DNA from: Azolla caroliniana
Lineage: Eukaryota > Plantae > Polypodiophyta
Assembly: GCA_043228905.1 (NCBI GenBank)
Contig: JBHGNT010000004.1
Span: 20,088,001 to 20,152,000 of the forward strand
DNA: 64,000 bases
Direction of reading: 5' to 3'
Positions 1 through 13,952 of this stretch are shown piece by piece. Below the pieces are notes generated by a model. That model ran no database searches. It was given only the letters and a program-made list of their open reading frames with translations, and was not told the origin of the DNA. A program made the position numbers and the translations under genes. Numbering within the stretch: the stretch's first letter is position 1; every line of letters begins with the position of its first letter.

Positions 1-535
1 ATGCATTATGGAACCTACCCAAAACGCAGTCCTACTGGAAAAACAAGCTTACAAGATTATGGAGCTCTGGCATTCCACTTAAGCAACGGGTATTCCTATG
101 GAGATGCCTATTGGGTGTGCTCCCGACTAGGTGGTATATTCAAAAGAGATTGATAGCCTTGCCACATTGTGCAAGATGTGGTGGACGATTGGAATGGATA
201 TTTGGACAAATTTTGTGCTCCCTATCCAACAATGCCTATTTTCTCCAATGGATACGATTTTGGGCATTCTGAACCATTTGGACAATCCGCAATAATAAGG
301 TCTTTGATCGAAACCAACTGCATGAAGTTAGCTTCTTTAATCAATCCCTCAGGCAACCTCTATTTGATTGTCTGCAACTTAGAGACATCACACTGCAAAT
401 TTACAATTTACTTTGAGTGCTTTTAAGCTCTTTAGTGTCTAATTAACACTTGTATATTTTTCTTTATTCTTTGTGGGTTTTCACCTCACTTTGAGGTTTC
501 CCACTAGTAATAAAGTGTTACTAAAAGAAAAAATA
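1..535 (+). mobile_element. 3' end of a decayed L1-clade LINE (zf-RVT region plus A-rich tail)
   Basis: Frame 3 from base 3 reads ...WKNKLTRLWSSGIPLKQRVFLWRCLLGVLPTRW...HCARCGGRLE, the plant L1 zf-RVT pattern. AATAAA and an A-rich tail follow at about 510-533. Confidence 0.75.
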
Positions 536-1959
536 TGACCAATATATTAGATTTGAAATATTAATCCTCATGGTGTTATTGGAACTAAGAAATATGACAT
601 TCAAGTACTTAATGTAAGTACCTATAGCCAAAACACCCAATCTTCTTTTTAATCAAGATTATAAGTACATTCAACTTTAGAAGTAGAAGCTTTTGCAACA
701 ACTATTCCAACCGTCGTCTATGTCTCTTTTGCTTCAAGCTTAGGAAATTTTTGTGCTCCATATTGTAAAACATTCACGATTTTTGCCTATTAACATAAAG
801 CTCCATCTAGCTTTGCTTTTCTAAATAGGTACAAAAGGTTGATCCAGAACACACACAATATACTTGTTTTGCGTAGCTTGATTGTCCTACAACAAAATAA
901 AGAAGAACTCTTGAAATGGCAAAGTATTTGGGTTGCCTTTTAGGAAGACCATTAAAAATAGTTTGCATAGGGGAATTGTGACAATATTTTATAAGCATAA
1001 ATACAATGGTCTTTCAAATCCTTCTTATAATAAAAAAATGCACCCATAGAATAATTTTCATTCGTATGCTCACTCTCCAATTGTTTTCAAAGGTAAGCAG
1101 CAGAAAGCCTCAATTCTTGTTTGATACAATGTGGTCAGAGTATCCATGAGCGAATGTGAGGAATAATAGCATGTTTGAGGGACAACATTATCAATACATG
1201 TTTGGTCAGATGCTTATATTGCCTTTGTATCATAATAGAAGTGAGATGAAATGTCTCCTTCTATTTTCTCTATATACAGTTCTCAAATAATATACTAAGG
1301 TGCATATTTCTTTTATAAAAAACATTATCAATGCATGTGTTTGTGCATCTTTGCCATCCCAACATATCTATTTTGCAATATGTGCAATTGGAACATCAAC
1401 AAGACCAAGAAGTTGAAGATCATCATCTTTAACACCACCTACGTCACCTATTATCATTATATTTGTAGGGTTGGCAAAGCTTGCAAATTATTTTAAATTT
1501 TGTGTGAATCATAAGAAAGTAACCAAAATATTAAACCATCCTCAAAGGACATGAATCTTGTTCAAGTCATATCTACGAAATAAAACATGACTTCCTTGAG
1601 ATGTTTGTTTCTCCTCAATGAGCTTTGTGTGATTTGAAAACCTAAATGTTTGAATAGAAAATATGCATGACAAAAATCAATTTCAACATTGAATTTGATA
1701 AATGCCATCTAGAAAAATGAGTAATATCGCTCTTTGTTTCACAGAGAACTATACAAGATGTTGTTGAATGTTGCGATAAAACGAATTAAATTGATGTAAG
1801 GATGGCATATAGAAACCAATTGTGCTTACAAACCAATATAAGTTGTTATGGAAAGTACAATACATAATAGTGTGGAATGAAACAATGGGCAGTGATACCT
1901 CACAAACACCTACAACTATGTTACCCCAAAAATGGAGGAACTTCACTTCTGCATTCTAT

Positions 1960-3386
1960 AGGACTGGTACCAATAGCGTGTTGTTGGTTGCCATTAGGCG
2001 CCCCTCCTTTCGACTACAATGCTCAATGAGGCAGGGTTGTCCCATGCTCCATATCTTTGTCTATTTATAACCGAGGTTTTCTCTGCCTTTTTACAAGAAC
2101 CAAGCATCAGATTGAGGGAACTGCCCATCCCCGATGCATCTAAAGATCTTCTGTTGTCAGACGGTCCTCTTCCTACAACGGACAAAACAACTTGTCGAAG
2201 ATTTTTGCCAGGCCTCTGGAGCCAAGGTCAATTGGGATAAAAGTCAGGGCCTCTGGATCTGCAAACAAGAAAAACCAAAGTGGGAACCCCACGTTGATTT
2301 TAACTAGGTTCTAGACAGGAAGAGCTTAAAGTACCTAGGGTTTATGATGGGGAGGGGGATACCCAAGGGGACGCAATTGTCACATGTGCAATCCAAAATA
2401 AGCAGGAAGTAGAACTAGTGGAGCATATATAAACTATCATTTGCTGGCATGGTACTTGTTGTGAACCAGGTGATGCTTGCCACCATGTGGCATTCGATGT
2501 CATGTTGGATTATGGACCCTGCAAGTGTGCATGTGATTAAGGCCGCCATTAGGGGCTTTCTATGGTTATGTAAGGAGAAACCAACAACGATGCCAAAGTG
2601 TCATGGCATTAGATAACGCAACCACGGGCCAAAGGGGGACTTGGCGTCATAGATCCCTTAATGCAGAGCCGAGCATTTCTCGCAAAAATGGTGGCTTGCT
2701 GCCTCCTGCTAGGTAAGGAGTGCTGGAAGGTACTCCTTCATAATAGGTTGCAAGCAAGGACTCCCAAGTATGGCAGACCTTGGCATGACTCCTTAAACTA
2801 GTGTTACACAAACCCAAGATGGCATGTCACCCGGAGGATAGGGTAACGAACTCCATCTTGCAGGCATGGTGTCACATGCAACAACATTTGGTCAAGCACA
2901 CCCCAAAGACACTACTCGAGTGGACTAGAGAACCATTATTTTGGAATCCACAAGTGCGAACAAGTGACAACATGATGATAGGGCTCCTCAAGGGCCTGGT
3001 GTGGGGAAAGTTGGCGTAGATAGGGCTCCATTCTATCGACGATTGGAGACACATTGTGGCTCAGGAGGGGAAACGGAGGACCCAATCCCTCTCCTCAAGG
3101 GAGTTAAGAAAATGAGGAGAGTGATAACTGGGGCGGTTGATAGGGTTCATGTGGGGGATGCGAGAGGAGATACATGGTTTGATCTCTTTGATGAGCCTGC
3201 TAGAATGATTAATTTGCTGAAGGACATGAGTGGATATGGAAGGGCTACATGATTTGGGGAGAGCCAGAGTAGTGGCACTTGGCACCCGATCCGCGTGGTG
3301 GCACAGGCTGACAACAACTGGAAGATGCACCTTGATGTTGCTAAGGTGGATCCCCACTAGAAGTTGTGGGTTTACGGTAATCATCC
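1960..3386 (+). mobile_element. Degenerate L1-clade LINE reverse transcriptase fragment
   Basis: Frameshifted FRLQCSMRQGCP/APYL motif at about 2010-2070, KYLG at about 2330, GGLGVID at about 2635; many stops. Confidence 0.75.
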
Positions 3387-4084
3387 TGTTGGAGGTGAAG
3401 CCGTTAGTGCTGAATAAGAAACAACACTTAGGTGTTGAAGAACAACAAGTTGATGATAGATTAACAAGATGAACAAATTAAAGCTGATAGTTGTAAGACA
3501 ACTTAACTAGAATACAAGAAGAAGACAGAGTGAGAGAGAGAGACTCGGAGGGAAGAACTGTAACTGTATTATTCAAAAATTACACTATAATGAATGGCAA
3601 CACCATGAACTAGGTTACAAAGTCAGTTATATAATAACTAAACTAGGGTAACTACCCCTTGGCTTTATTGTAAATATGTCTTAACCTAGTATGTCCAAAT
3701 GCGACAATGTAAATACGGCCATTATACACCCATATTCAACACTCTCCCATAATGGGTGTATACAACAAATATTTCCAGTAAAAGAATAAACAAATTATAG
3801 ATAGTTTTATACAACGAGATGTTTAAGACAATTCAATTGGTAAAGGCTAAATAACGAAAGCCGAATCAACTAGTACGAAAGATTGAGGCCGGATCATGAC
3901 TAATTGTCCAAAGTGTCCGAAGCCGATTGTCAAAGGCCATCTATGTGTCTGACTCAATCAAACTGATTTCTCCTTAAGCCCATATGGTGCATTAGTGACT
4001 GGAATCGATCAACGGAAAGACACTTGGTCATCCCGTCTGCTACGTTGTCGGTTGTAGAGATGTTCTCGAGGTTGAGCTTACCTG
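3387..4084 (-). mobile_element. Truncated old Ty1/copia 3' end (element D): RNase H C-terminus, PPT, 3' LTR (3387-3741)
   Basis: Minus strand reads KLNLENISTTDNVADGMTKCLSVDRFQSL (copia RNase H end), then purine tract GGGAGAG (3742-3748) directly before TGTTG. The LTR closes with CAACA at 3387. Confidence 0.8.
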
Positions 4085-5047
4085 TGTTGTCCATGGGACA
4101 AAAAGATAAATTAGTTAAATGTAATACGCCGGTAGGTAAGGCTAGTAGGTGAGGAAGGTAGAGTTTAGGAAAACGCCGAGTTTTGAGCCTCATAGTCAGC
4201 CGATGGCTCGGCTCTGTATGAAGAAAAAGTATATAAACCGAGGTTTGCGTACCTCGGCAGAGAGAGATATCTAGAGTATAAGCAAGGTCGTTTTCATAGT
4301 TACAAAAGCTCTGTAAGGTCACTAGCAGCGAGCCGTGTTTTGTAATAATCGATAACTGTTTGCAGTAATACATATCTATTAGCTCTTATTGTTTTCATCT
4401 GTGTTCCTTCATTCCTACGATCTCAACTACGTATACGCCCTCGGGTTATATTCTGGGTATGCTCTCCGTTCTCTTCCCCTAACGACACCTCCGTGTACAA
4501 GTCTTCACGTTACACTTCCCTTGATACCGATAGCCTGTAGGCCTATCAAAGGTGTTTCCAAAGGAACGGATAACACAATTTGGCACGCCCGGTTACAGCT
4601 GTGAGATCACAACAAACTACATTGAAGGCAACCTTCAACTGCCATCACGATGCCCAATCGCACCACGCGGTCTCGGCCACCTGCCTGACGCCCTGAACCA
4701 ATCGAAGGAACTTCTGACTCGGTAGTCACGGACTAGTCTTTCCAAGAAATATCGGAGGCTTACTGGTTGCAATCCTCGACACCTGATACTCGGTCGCGAG
4801 TTGATTCCACACCAACCTCTCCACCAAGCCCTCCAGAGGTCACCCTCCCTGACCCTAACCCTTTCCCGGTTTTACCTGAAGATCCAGATTTCGATACCAT
4901 GCCGTATCCTTACCCACGATACACCGACAACCCCGATGCGGAGTCGCACATCCGTGCCTTCGTGTCCACCTGGCAAGCCAACCACTCAACGCAGTGACTC
5001 TCGCCTGCCGAAATCGATGCCTCAAAAATCGCCGAGTTTACACTATC

Positions 5048-8000
5048 TGTTGAGAATCAAGCTCAACTTGGTCTAGTGTGTGAACTCACCTTGAGAGTGA
5101 AGAGACACTCCAACGGTCAAGAGTCACCATTATGTCACCACTTTGTATTCTAGCATTTAGTATGAGTCATAGAATCATATTCTATGACACATAACTTATG
5201 AGCTTTCACATTCCCCATGCTTCATGAGGAATGTAGTTAATGAAGAGAGAGGGTGACTACATAAAGCACCCTCCTCCCACCTTGTAATATGTTGTTGAGT
5301 CTTTCTCCTTTGTCAATATACTTTTAACCTTGCGTATACTCTGTCTCTCTCTCTCTATCTCTCACACACACAGTTCACACCTATTCCGCTTCACAAGAAT
5401 CCATCTCTTGATTCTTTACATGGTATCAGAGCGATTTGGTAGCTCGACCTAGCCCATTCCCCTCATTGTGATCGTGTGTTGTGCTCCACGCCGACGACCA
5501 AGAACCGGCTCATCGCTATCGTAGTTTCGCTACATAGCTCGCATTCAAAGAGAGAAGAAGAAGAATCGACATAATGAATACTCAAATGGGGAGCGCTCTC
5601 CCTACCGAGAAGTTGGATCGAAACAACTTCGCATCTTGGGAGTACAAGATGCACCAATACCTTGTCGGAAAAGGCTATTGGAGCTATATCAAAGGAGCGC
5701 ATGAAGACCGACTAGCCGAAGCGGCTCTCGGATACGCGACATGGGAGCAAGCCGCAAGCCGCGTGATGTATTGTTTGGCGACTTGTGTTCACGACCACAT
5801 GCTCGGTTACATTCGAGAAGCCAAGACGCCAAAGGAAGCGTGGGAAAATCTACGAAAGATTTTCGCCGCCAACACGACCGCGAGGAAGCTCCAACTCCGC
5901 CAAGAGTTGAACAACATTCAACAACGGGATATGTCCATCACAACATACACCTTGAAGATCAAGGAGCTTTGCGACTCACTCGGCTCAATAAGCGTAAGTA
6001 TAGATGATGATGAGATGGTGCAAATATGCCTCGACGGCCTCGCACCACGGTTCGGCGCGATGCGAACCGCTGTTCTAGCACGACAGAAATCTTCCTCCTT
6101 CTTCGAGCTCCAATCAATGCTATTGGTCGAAGAAAACCATGTGCGTACAAGGAGCAATGAGTCGGAAGGCCACATGCTCTACACACACTCTAATGGAGGA
6201 AGAGGACGCGGACGAGCGAGAGGCCGATTCGGCCAAGGACAAGGCGGACAAGGTCCGACCTACGACAACAACTCCCAATTTCGGCCACAAAACGGAGGCC
6301 AACGAGGAACCTTCGCAAGAAGGGGGAGCTTCCACTCCGGCCCGAGCCGTCAAAACGCAACCGAATGCGGATATTGCGTAAAGCTCGGCCACCACGAAGA
6401 AGAGTGCCGAAAGAAGATGCGTGAATCGGCTTCCACAAGCCGACAACTCAGGAATTACGCGCACAATTCCGACTACGAAGAGTATAGCGGAATGTACGGG
6501 CACAACTCTGACTACGAGGATCGAGGCGGAATGTACACATACAACTCCGACCGTGGCGGAATGTTTATGATGAAACATAGGGCAAACTCTATGTTGGCCT
6601 CTACCTCAACTAGTGCCCTCAATCCGGAGGATGTATGGTTTGTTGACTCCGGAGCCTCAAACCATATGACATCCCACAAAGCATGGTTTCTCGAACTTCG
6701 AGAGCCAAAGCGACCCGGCTATGTCGAAATCGGAGATGACACTACGCACCCGATTCGGCACATCGGCAATGTTCCGTTCGGCGAAAGAGGTAAGCAAACA
6801 TACATTAACAATATCTTGCATGTTCCCACCATCACGAAGAATTTGGTCTCGGTCGGCCAAATGGTTGAGCAAGGGATGCAAGTACGATTCGATCAAGAAG
6901 GGTGCATCATCGAAAAAGAAGGCCGAATCATTGCACACAGAAGAAGAGAGGGCCGGATGTTCATTCTCGATTCGCACGACATGAAATCCGCCATGTTCGC
7001 GAAAAGCACGAAAGCCGACTCCGACATAGAGCTATGGCATAAACGAATCAGCCACATCAATCTCAACAAACTCAAAGCAATGAAATTGAAAGGAGTCGTC
7101 ATCGAACTCCCGACATTCAAAGAGAAGGAGATTGAAGGTGTATGCGAAGCGTGCCAATTCGGCAAGCAACACCGACACCCATTTCTGAAGGAGCGGAACG
7201 TGAGCAAAGGCGTACTCGACGTAATTCATTCCGATGTATGGGGTCCGGCTCAAACGGCAACATTCGGCGGATGCCGATATTACGTGCTCTTCATCAACGA
7301 CTTCTCTAGGCACACTTGGATCTACCCGATGCGACAAAAGAGTGAAGTGTTTGGACACTTCCAAAAATTCAAGAATGAAGTCGAGAAAGCCACGGGCCGA
7401 CATGTACGATGCCTTCGATCGGATTGCGGCAAGGAGTACTTCTCCGACGATTTCACGGCGTATCTCCGAAAGGAAGGAATTCGGTGAGAATTCACTTGCC
7501 GACACACTCCGCAACAAAACGGAGTAGCCGAGCGCAAAAATCGGCACATCCTCGAAGTAGCACGGGCCATGATGAACGAGAAGCATATGCCCAAGTAATA
7601 TTGGGCCGAAGCGGCAAATACGGCCGTCTACCTAATGAACCGGTGCACAACATCCGGCGTGCATGAGGTCACTCCGCACGAAAGATTCTTCGGAAAGAAG
7701 CCGAACCTATCACATGTTCGGATATTCGGCTCTATTGCATACGTGCACATCCCCGACGAGAAGCGTCAAAAGCTTGACCCGAAGTCGGAGAAATGTATCC
7801 TCGTAGGATACTCATTGGAGCAAAAGGGGTACAAGTGCTACAACCCCTCAACTCGAAAATCTCGAGTAAGTCGAGACGTCGTTTTTGATGAGTCCGCATC
7901 CTGGTACGCACCAGAGACAACTCCAACTCCGACTCCACTCGTCCCGGAATCTGCCGAACAAGAGATCAAGGATGAAGATCGCCCTACGCGCATGATCGAA

Positions 8001-10461
8001 GAAAGTCCGATCACGACCCGACTGAGCGGACCACAAGAGCCTTTGAGCAATCAAAGCACATCACGGCCTAGCCCGAAGATGGACAAAGGCAAGGCGAAAA
8101 TGGCGGAATATGAAGACGACCGATTTGACGACGATGAATCGACTCACTCACTCGATAGTGAGTTCGGCGGCTTCGATGTACCAATCGGAGCTAAGAAAGC
8201 CCTCATCTCTGCAAATGAAAAGCTCCGCCGATCCACTCGTGAAAAGAACCCCATAAGCCGATTCGGATACAACGATTATATGGCGTACCATTACGCCTTT
8301 ATGATGAAGGTAGCGACAGTACGGGACCCGGAAACCTTTTTGGAAGCCGCGAAGGACCCGCGATGGATCGAAGCAATGAACGAGGAGATGCAGGCACTAC
8401 GGAAGAACGAGACGTGGGATCTTGTTCCCACCTCACCACACAAAAAGGCGATGGATGCGGATGGATCTACAAGGTGAAGTATAACGCCGATGGCTCCGTA
8501 AACCGCTACAAAGCTCGACTCGTAGCGAAAGGATACGCTCAGACGCAAGGTGTCGACTACGAAGAGACCTTTGCCCCGGTGGCAAAGATGACGACGGTAT
8601 GGACCGTAATTGCGATTGCCACGGCGAAAGGGTGGCACCTCCATCAAATGGACGTCAAGAACGCCTTTCTACAAGGTGAATTAGAAGAGGAGGTGTACAT
8701 GATCCAACCACCCGGCTTCAACTCGAGCACTCATCCAAAAGCTGTATGCCGACTCAAGAAGCCACTCTACGGCCTCAAGCAAGCACCGCGTGCTTGACAT
8801 TCGAAGATAACGCAATATCTTCATCAAATCGGCTTCCGTATGTCAAAATCGGACAACTCCCTCTACATACGAAGCGATTTCGCAAGTCCGATCGTCATCA
8901 TCTTATGTGTGGATGACCTAGTTATTGGAGGTGAGCATCTCGTCGAAATCAATAAGGTCAAATCCCTCCTTTCCGACAAGTTCGAGATGACGGACATGCA
9001 GGAGCTCCACTACTTCCTCGGCATCGAGGTAATTCAGACTCTGGCCGGAATCATGATCTCTCAACGGCACTACATCCTCAACTTGCTATACAAGTTCGGG
9101 ATGGCTGAGTGCAAATCCGTGGCAACCCCGCTCGATCGTAATCTCAAACTAGATGCGAACTCCGGCACCAAAGCGTGTGAGCCGACTCAGTATCGACAAC
9201 TCATCGGGAGTCTCATCTACCTCACAATCACACGACCCGATCTCAGTTATCCGGTCGGTCTCCTTAACCAATTTATGCAAACAACGCGTGATACTCACTT
9301 GGATTGCGCTAAGCAAGTTCTACGCTATGTGAGCGGCACAATGGATTGGGGCGTCCTCTACAAGACCGCTATGCCAATACGACTCGAGGGGTACACCGAC
9401 GCCGATTGGGCCGGCTACAAAGCTGATAGAAGATCAACCTCCATATTTGTTTTCTCCCTCGGCAGCGGAGCAATATCCTAGAGTAGCAAGAAGCAGCCTA
9501 CCGTCGCTCTTTCAAGGACGGAGGCAGAATATAGGGGCGCAGCCGTAGCTGCATGTGAAGCCGTATGGCTTAAGAGGATTTTGAAGGATTTGGGCATTCC
9601 CATCAAGGATCCGACTCCCCTTTACTGCGACAACATGAGCAATATTTATCTGGCTCGGAACCTGGTGTTCCACGTGCGGACAAAGCACATCGAAGTGCAC
9701 TATCACTTCATTCGAGAGCGCGTTCTGGCTGGCGATGTCGACCTACAACACATTAGGACCAATCTTCAAACGACCGACATCTTCACCAAAGCCTTAGGAG
9801 CCGACAAGCTATGGCAATTCATGACCGATCTCGGATTGACGATCCCTGACCTGCCAAGCTTGAGGGGGAGTACTGAAGACACTACACAATAACGCGTGGA
9901 TTCCGCAACCACGCAACAAAGCAGCGAAGAGCCGATCTACCGCGCAAAGCCGCGAAGAAAGACGCAAGCCGAAGCACAGACTTCGTAACTACGCACGCAA
10001 GCCGAAGCACAGACTTCACACAACGCAAACTGGAGCACGGATTCCGCAACTCCGCATAAAGCGAGCCGACGCGGACTCTAGAACGCAAGTTGAAGCGGAT
10101 TTCGGATACCGTCTGAAACCGACCCGACTTGAGCTTGAGGGGGCGTGTTGAGAATCAAGCTCAACTTGGTCTAGTGTGTGAACTCACCTTGACAGTGAAG
10201 AGACACTCTAACGGTCAAGAGTCACCATTATGTCACCACTTTGTATTCTAGCATTTAGTATGAGTCATAGAATCATATTCTATGACACATAACTTATGAG
10301 CTTTCACATTCCCCATGCTTCATGAGGAATGTAGTTAATGAAGAGAGAGGGTGACTACATAAAGCACCCTCCTCCCACCTTGTAATATGTTGTTGAGTCT
10401 TTCTCCTTTGTCAATATACTTTTAACCTTGCGTATACTCTGTCTTTGTCTCTGTCTCTTTG

Positions 10462-10511
<50 letters not shown>

Positions 10512-10556
10512 CACACCTATTCCACTTCACAAGAATCCATCTCTTGATTCTTTACA
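5048..10556 (+). mobile_element. Full-length Ty1/copia LTR retrotransposon (element E)
   Basis: LTRs 5048-5420 and 10146-10556 (TG...CA); 5-bp TSD CTATC (5043-5047, 10557-10561); PBS TGGTATCAGAGC (tRNA-iMet) at 5421-5432; PPT GAGGGGGCG before the 3' LTR. Confidence 0.97.
5574..9892 (+). pseudogene. Copia gag-pol polyprotein (gag, protease, integrase, RT, RNase H), disrupted
   Basis: Motifs [63 protein letters not shown]. Stops at 7485, 7596, 8795 and 9479; frameshift near 8452. Confidence 0.93.
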
Positions 10557-12974
10557 CTATCCCTCGATGGACCAGCTGCGTGATGGTATTCTTGCCTCGA
10601 CGTAGGGGAGTTTATCACCTTCCAAGACGTTCGCACGAAGTTCCTAGAACTTTTCCATCGCGAGGTGCCCAAACGAGAACTGCTCCGACAGTTCTTTTCC
10701 ATGAGCCAAGAACCGCACGAGACGATCGCACAGTTCACGATCCGGTTCTAGGATCTCTACAGACAAGTGGTCGACGATGTCTCTGCACAACACATTCCGG
10801 ACGCATTCCTATCCAGCTTAGAGGAGCCTCTACGGACAACTCTCGCACTTACTAATTTTGCCAACCAAATGATCGAGCAAGTCATAGTGCGCGTCCTCCC
10901 CCTCGATCGGACACAACAAAGCACGACTTTCTCTATGAGTTCACTACAAAGTGCCCTTCCCCAAGAAGACAATCGCTTCCGCCAAGCCCTCCAATGCATA
11001 GTTTGTTCGGGATCGGGCCATCTGGCCCTCAAATGTCCTCACCGGCCACAATGTTCGATCTGCCAGTCTCGCTCTCACACTGTCGAGCAATGTGAATACA
11101 ATATGCTCAACCGCACAACGACGGCCCCCGTTCGCCAGATTGAGCCCAGGGATAGATACTCTCCTCAGGACGAGCGACAATCCTACCAGAGCCAGGATAA
11201 TCAACGACCCCGATCGCCAGATAGGTGGCGTCGTGATGACGATTACCATCGAGACGACGACGTTACCGAAACGACAACCGATGGAGATCGAACGACCGCT
11301 GTGATCGCTATCACGATGACCAGTATCGGGCAAACAACGATTATGATCGGTATGACGATGATCGGGATGACCGATCCTGTACTGATCGGCACAACTCTCA
11401 CCGAGGATCGTGCAACAATAGAAGGAATAACGACAAACGTCGTCGGGAACCCCCTCAAAATGAACCGTGCAGCTTGAACGCGCCCCGGACCAACTCTCCA
11501 ACACACGAGGCCGGGAATCAATCGCACTCCCCCCCCCCACAGACAGATCGGGCTGGCACCAGCAACTCGGCCGCCGTTACCTGCTTCAAGTGCAACCAAC
11601 CCGGGCACTACGTTACGCAATGCCCAACAACAGACCACGGAAAGGCTCCTACCGTGAATAGTATTACGGCCGACGTGCAAAACGTCACAACACGTAGTAA
11701 AGCCCAGACCAGTCCATGGCAAGTACAAGATGAAGTCCAGCAAGCAGCCAAAGAATGGATTGATACGGCCAACAAAAACAATGTGGTGCAGATGCAAACA
11801 GAAATGCAAGACGCGACCATCGCAGCACCACAGTCCTCGGCACCATCCAACGTCGACAGAAGATGACTAGTTATGGGGCGCCCTTACCAGTTCCAGGATC
11901 TCGCTGCCTCTGCATAAACTCTTACCACTCATGCCGCGTTTTCGGGACACCTTGGCTACACTCACGGCCAACACCCATTCTACCACGCCACCTGTGCACC
12001 TAACCAAGCCAGGAACGGGTCCACCCCTCATGGATTCTTAGAATCCAACCATAAAAATTATGATTAAAGGATGGGACCTGCACGGGTGCATAATCGATGA
12101 CGACTCTGGCGTGAATGTCATCAGTGAGGCTACCTGTCATAAACTCGGTCTGAATCAATGGGAACCTCGCCCCTTTTGGCTTCGGATGGCCGATACACGA
12201 TCAGTTCGCCCCATTGGATTAATCCGCCACCTCGACTTTACTCTAGGAGGCCACATGTTCACTATCTCAGCCGTTGTATTATGACTCGAAGCACAGGGCG
12301 CCTACCCAATGTTACTTGGCAGGCCATGGTTGCGCACAACAAATATCAAACAACATTGGCAACACACCATGATCTCGTTTCGCCGAGGAAAGACCAAGGT
12401 CCGGATCATAACCGAAGAACGCGTAACCACGCCCCACAACACCTCGTCGTTATACGCGGAAGGGGTGCACATGCTCGACGGGTTAGCCGATGACGAGGTG
12501 GATGACTTCCTAGAAGACCATCCCACTATCATACCGCTCTTCAAAATCGACGCCATATCGACCGTCGGCACACCTCTAGATGAGGAGGTCACGGAGATTA
12601 CACCTCCCCAGGACGAGCCAGATCCCACCACCATCGCAGAATTACGACACGCTCGGGACGCTTTTGAACGTGAACTTGGCATCTCCCAATGAGTGAAGGC
12701 ATCAACGCTCGAAACACTGAACCTTGGTTCGGACGAGAACCCTCGCACCCTACAGATTGCTAATAACTTACCAGCCGGCGAACGAGTAGCCCTCATACGC
12801 CTACTCACCGATTACTAGGATGTATTCGCATGGTCTTACACGGATATGAAGGGTCGCACTCCGAATCCACCCGGACACAGTCACCAACAATATGATTCGT
12901 GCTGCCTTGGACCTGAAGTGAGGAGGTGATCATGAAGTAGAGATTCCCCCTTCCACGACCTTGAAGGAATACTG

Positions 12975-13433
12975 AAATGGTTCCAATGGAAGAATGGGTT
13001 GGTGTGGCATTCGAGCTTGTTCCATCGGTTGTCCCAACCGTTGGCACAAGTCGTACTACCGACAGAACTTGTGGGCATCCTTTTTCGTTGTAGGCCACCA
13101 TAACCCACTATGCCATACTTTCCTTGCCGTGGACTCTCCGGCGTAGTGTCCACCGGCGATTCCTAGGTGGGCCTCTTGGAGGATGGCCTTCTTCTCGAAT
13201 TGTCGAATTGCTCGGCGCCATATTCCATCCGAGCCTTTATGGTAGAGGATGTCGGAAACGAGACAAAAGTTTCGGCTTCGTACTGCGAGTCGTTTCCGCG
13301 CATTGAGGGGCATGTGGTCGGGAGGCAGGCCAATACTAGGGAAATGGGTCATCTCCGTGATCCATTCATCTTCTTTGTCGTCTAGTAGCATTGTGAGATT
13401 AAATAGGCCGGCATCGGGTAAATCGTCATATGT
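12975..13433 (-). mobile_element. Gypsy pol fragment C, left part (integrase zinc-binding region)
   Basis: Minus strand reads TYDDLPDAGLF...EAHLGIAGGHYAGESTARKVWHSGLWWPT...PHQPILPLEPFQ. It continues in register from 28542-29390 across element B. Confidence 0.85.
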
Positions 13434-13876
13434 TGTTGTCCGCTGGAATAGTAACTGACGGACAAAAGCGTAGGAATAAGAAATAATATAAGATCATAAC
13501 GCATGTAACGGTTCACGCAGGAAGTGTGAACGGCTAAATAGACCCTGCGTATATAAAGGGCAAAAAACCTCTGATAGATGGGGCGTGTAATTTTGGGAAT
13601 GTAAGAAACGTCTCATAATAGAATTCTATCTTCTCTGATTCTCTGTGTGTAGCTACGACTAATCTAGTGTGTGTATCTTGAAGACCTAAGCGTGTAAGAA
13701 CGTAAGTGTAACCTTTCCTAAGGATTCAGTTGTGGTCGTCTCCCTTATACGTTGATAGGTTACAGGGAACATTCCCCGACGCATTACGCTTAGACGCTTA
13801 TTCGTTGTTCCACACCCACTTGGAGGTCTAGGTCGAAGGAATGATCGCGGACCGTGTTCCTAATCGGCAACACTTT

Positions 13877-13952
13877 TGGCACGCCTGGTGGGACTCGAAC
13901 CCACAATCCCTTAATTAGAAGTCAAGTGCCTTATCCATTAGGCCACAAGCGC
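13877..13952 (-). tRNA. tRNA-Arg-TCT: Complete tRNA-Arg(UCU) copy with encoded CCA, occupying the PBS of element B
   Basis: Minus strand GCGCTTGTGGCCTAATGGATAAGGCACTTGACTTCTAATTAAGGGATTGTGGGTTCGAGTCCCACCAGGCGTGCCA folds as a full cloverleaf: acceptor GCGCTTG/CAGGCGT, anticodon stem CTTGA/TTAAG with TCT, T arm GTGGG-TTCGAGT-CCCAC. A and B boxes are intact. Confidence 0.92.

Larger units (their letters stand above)
4085..12855 (+). mobile_element. Ty3/gypsy element A (non-chromovirus type): 5' LTR, gag, protease, RT start; 3' truncated; split by a copia
   Basis: LTR TGTTGTCC...TAACA at 4085-4575; PBS TGGCACGCCCGGT at 4581-4593 (tRNA-Arg type). Gag runs 4650-5047 and 10562-11866 with three CX2CX4HX4C knuckles. 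Protease CIIDDDSGVNVIS...LLGRPWL; RT start FAWSYTDMKG ends at about 12855. Confidence 0.85.

Noticed and set aside
13877-13952. Ordinary host tRNA-Arg gene that the element landed next to
   Set aside because: It lies inside the element between the two LTRs, exactly at the PBS position, encodes CCA and has no adjacent T-run terminator.
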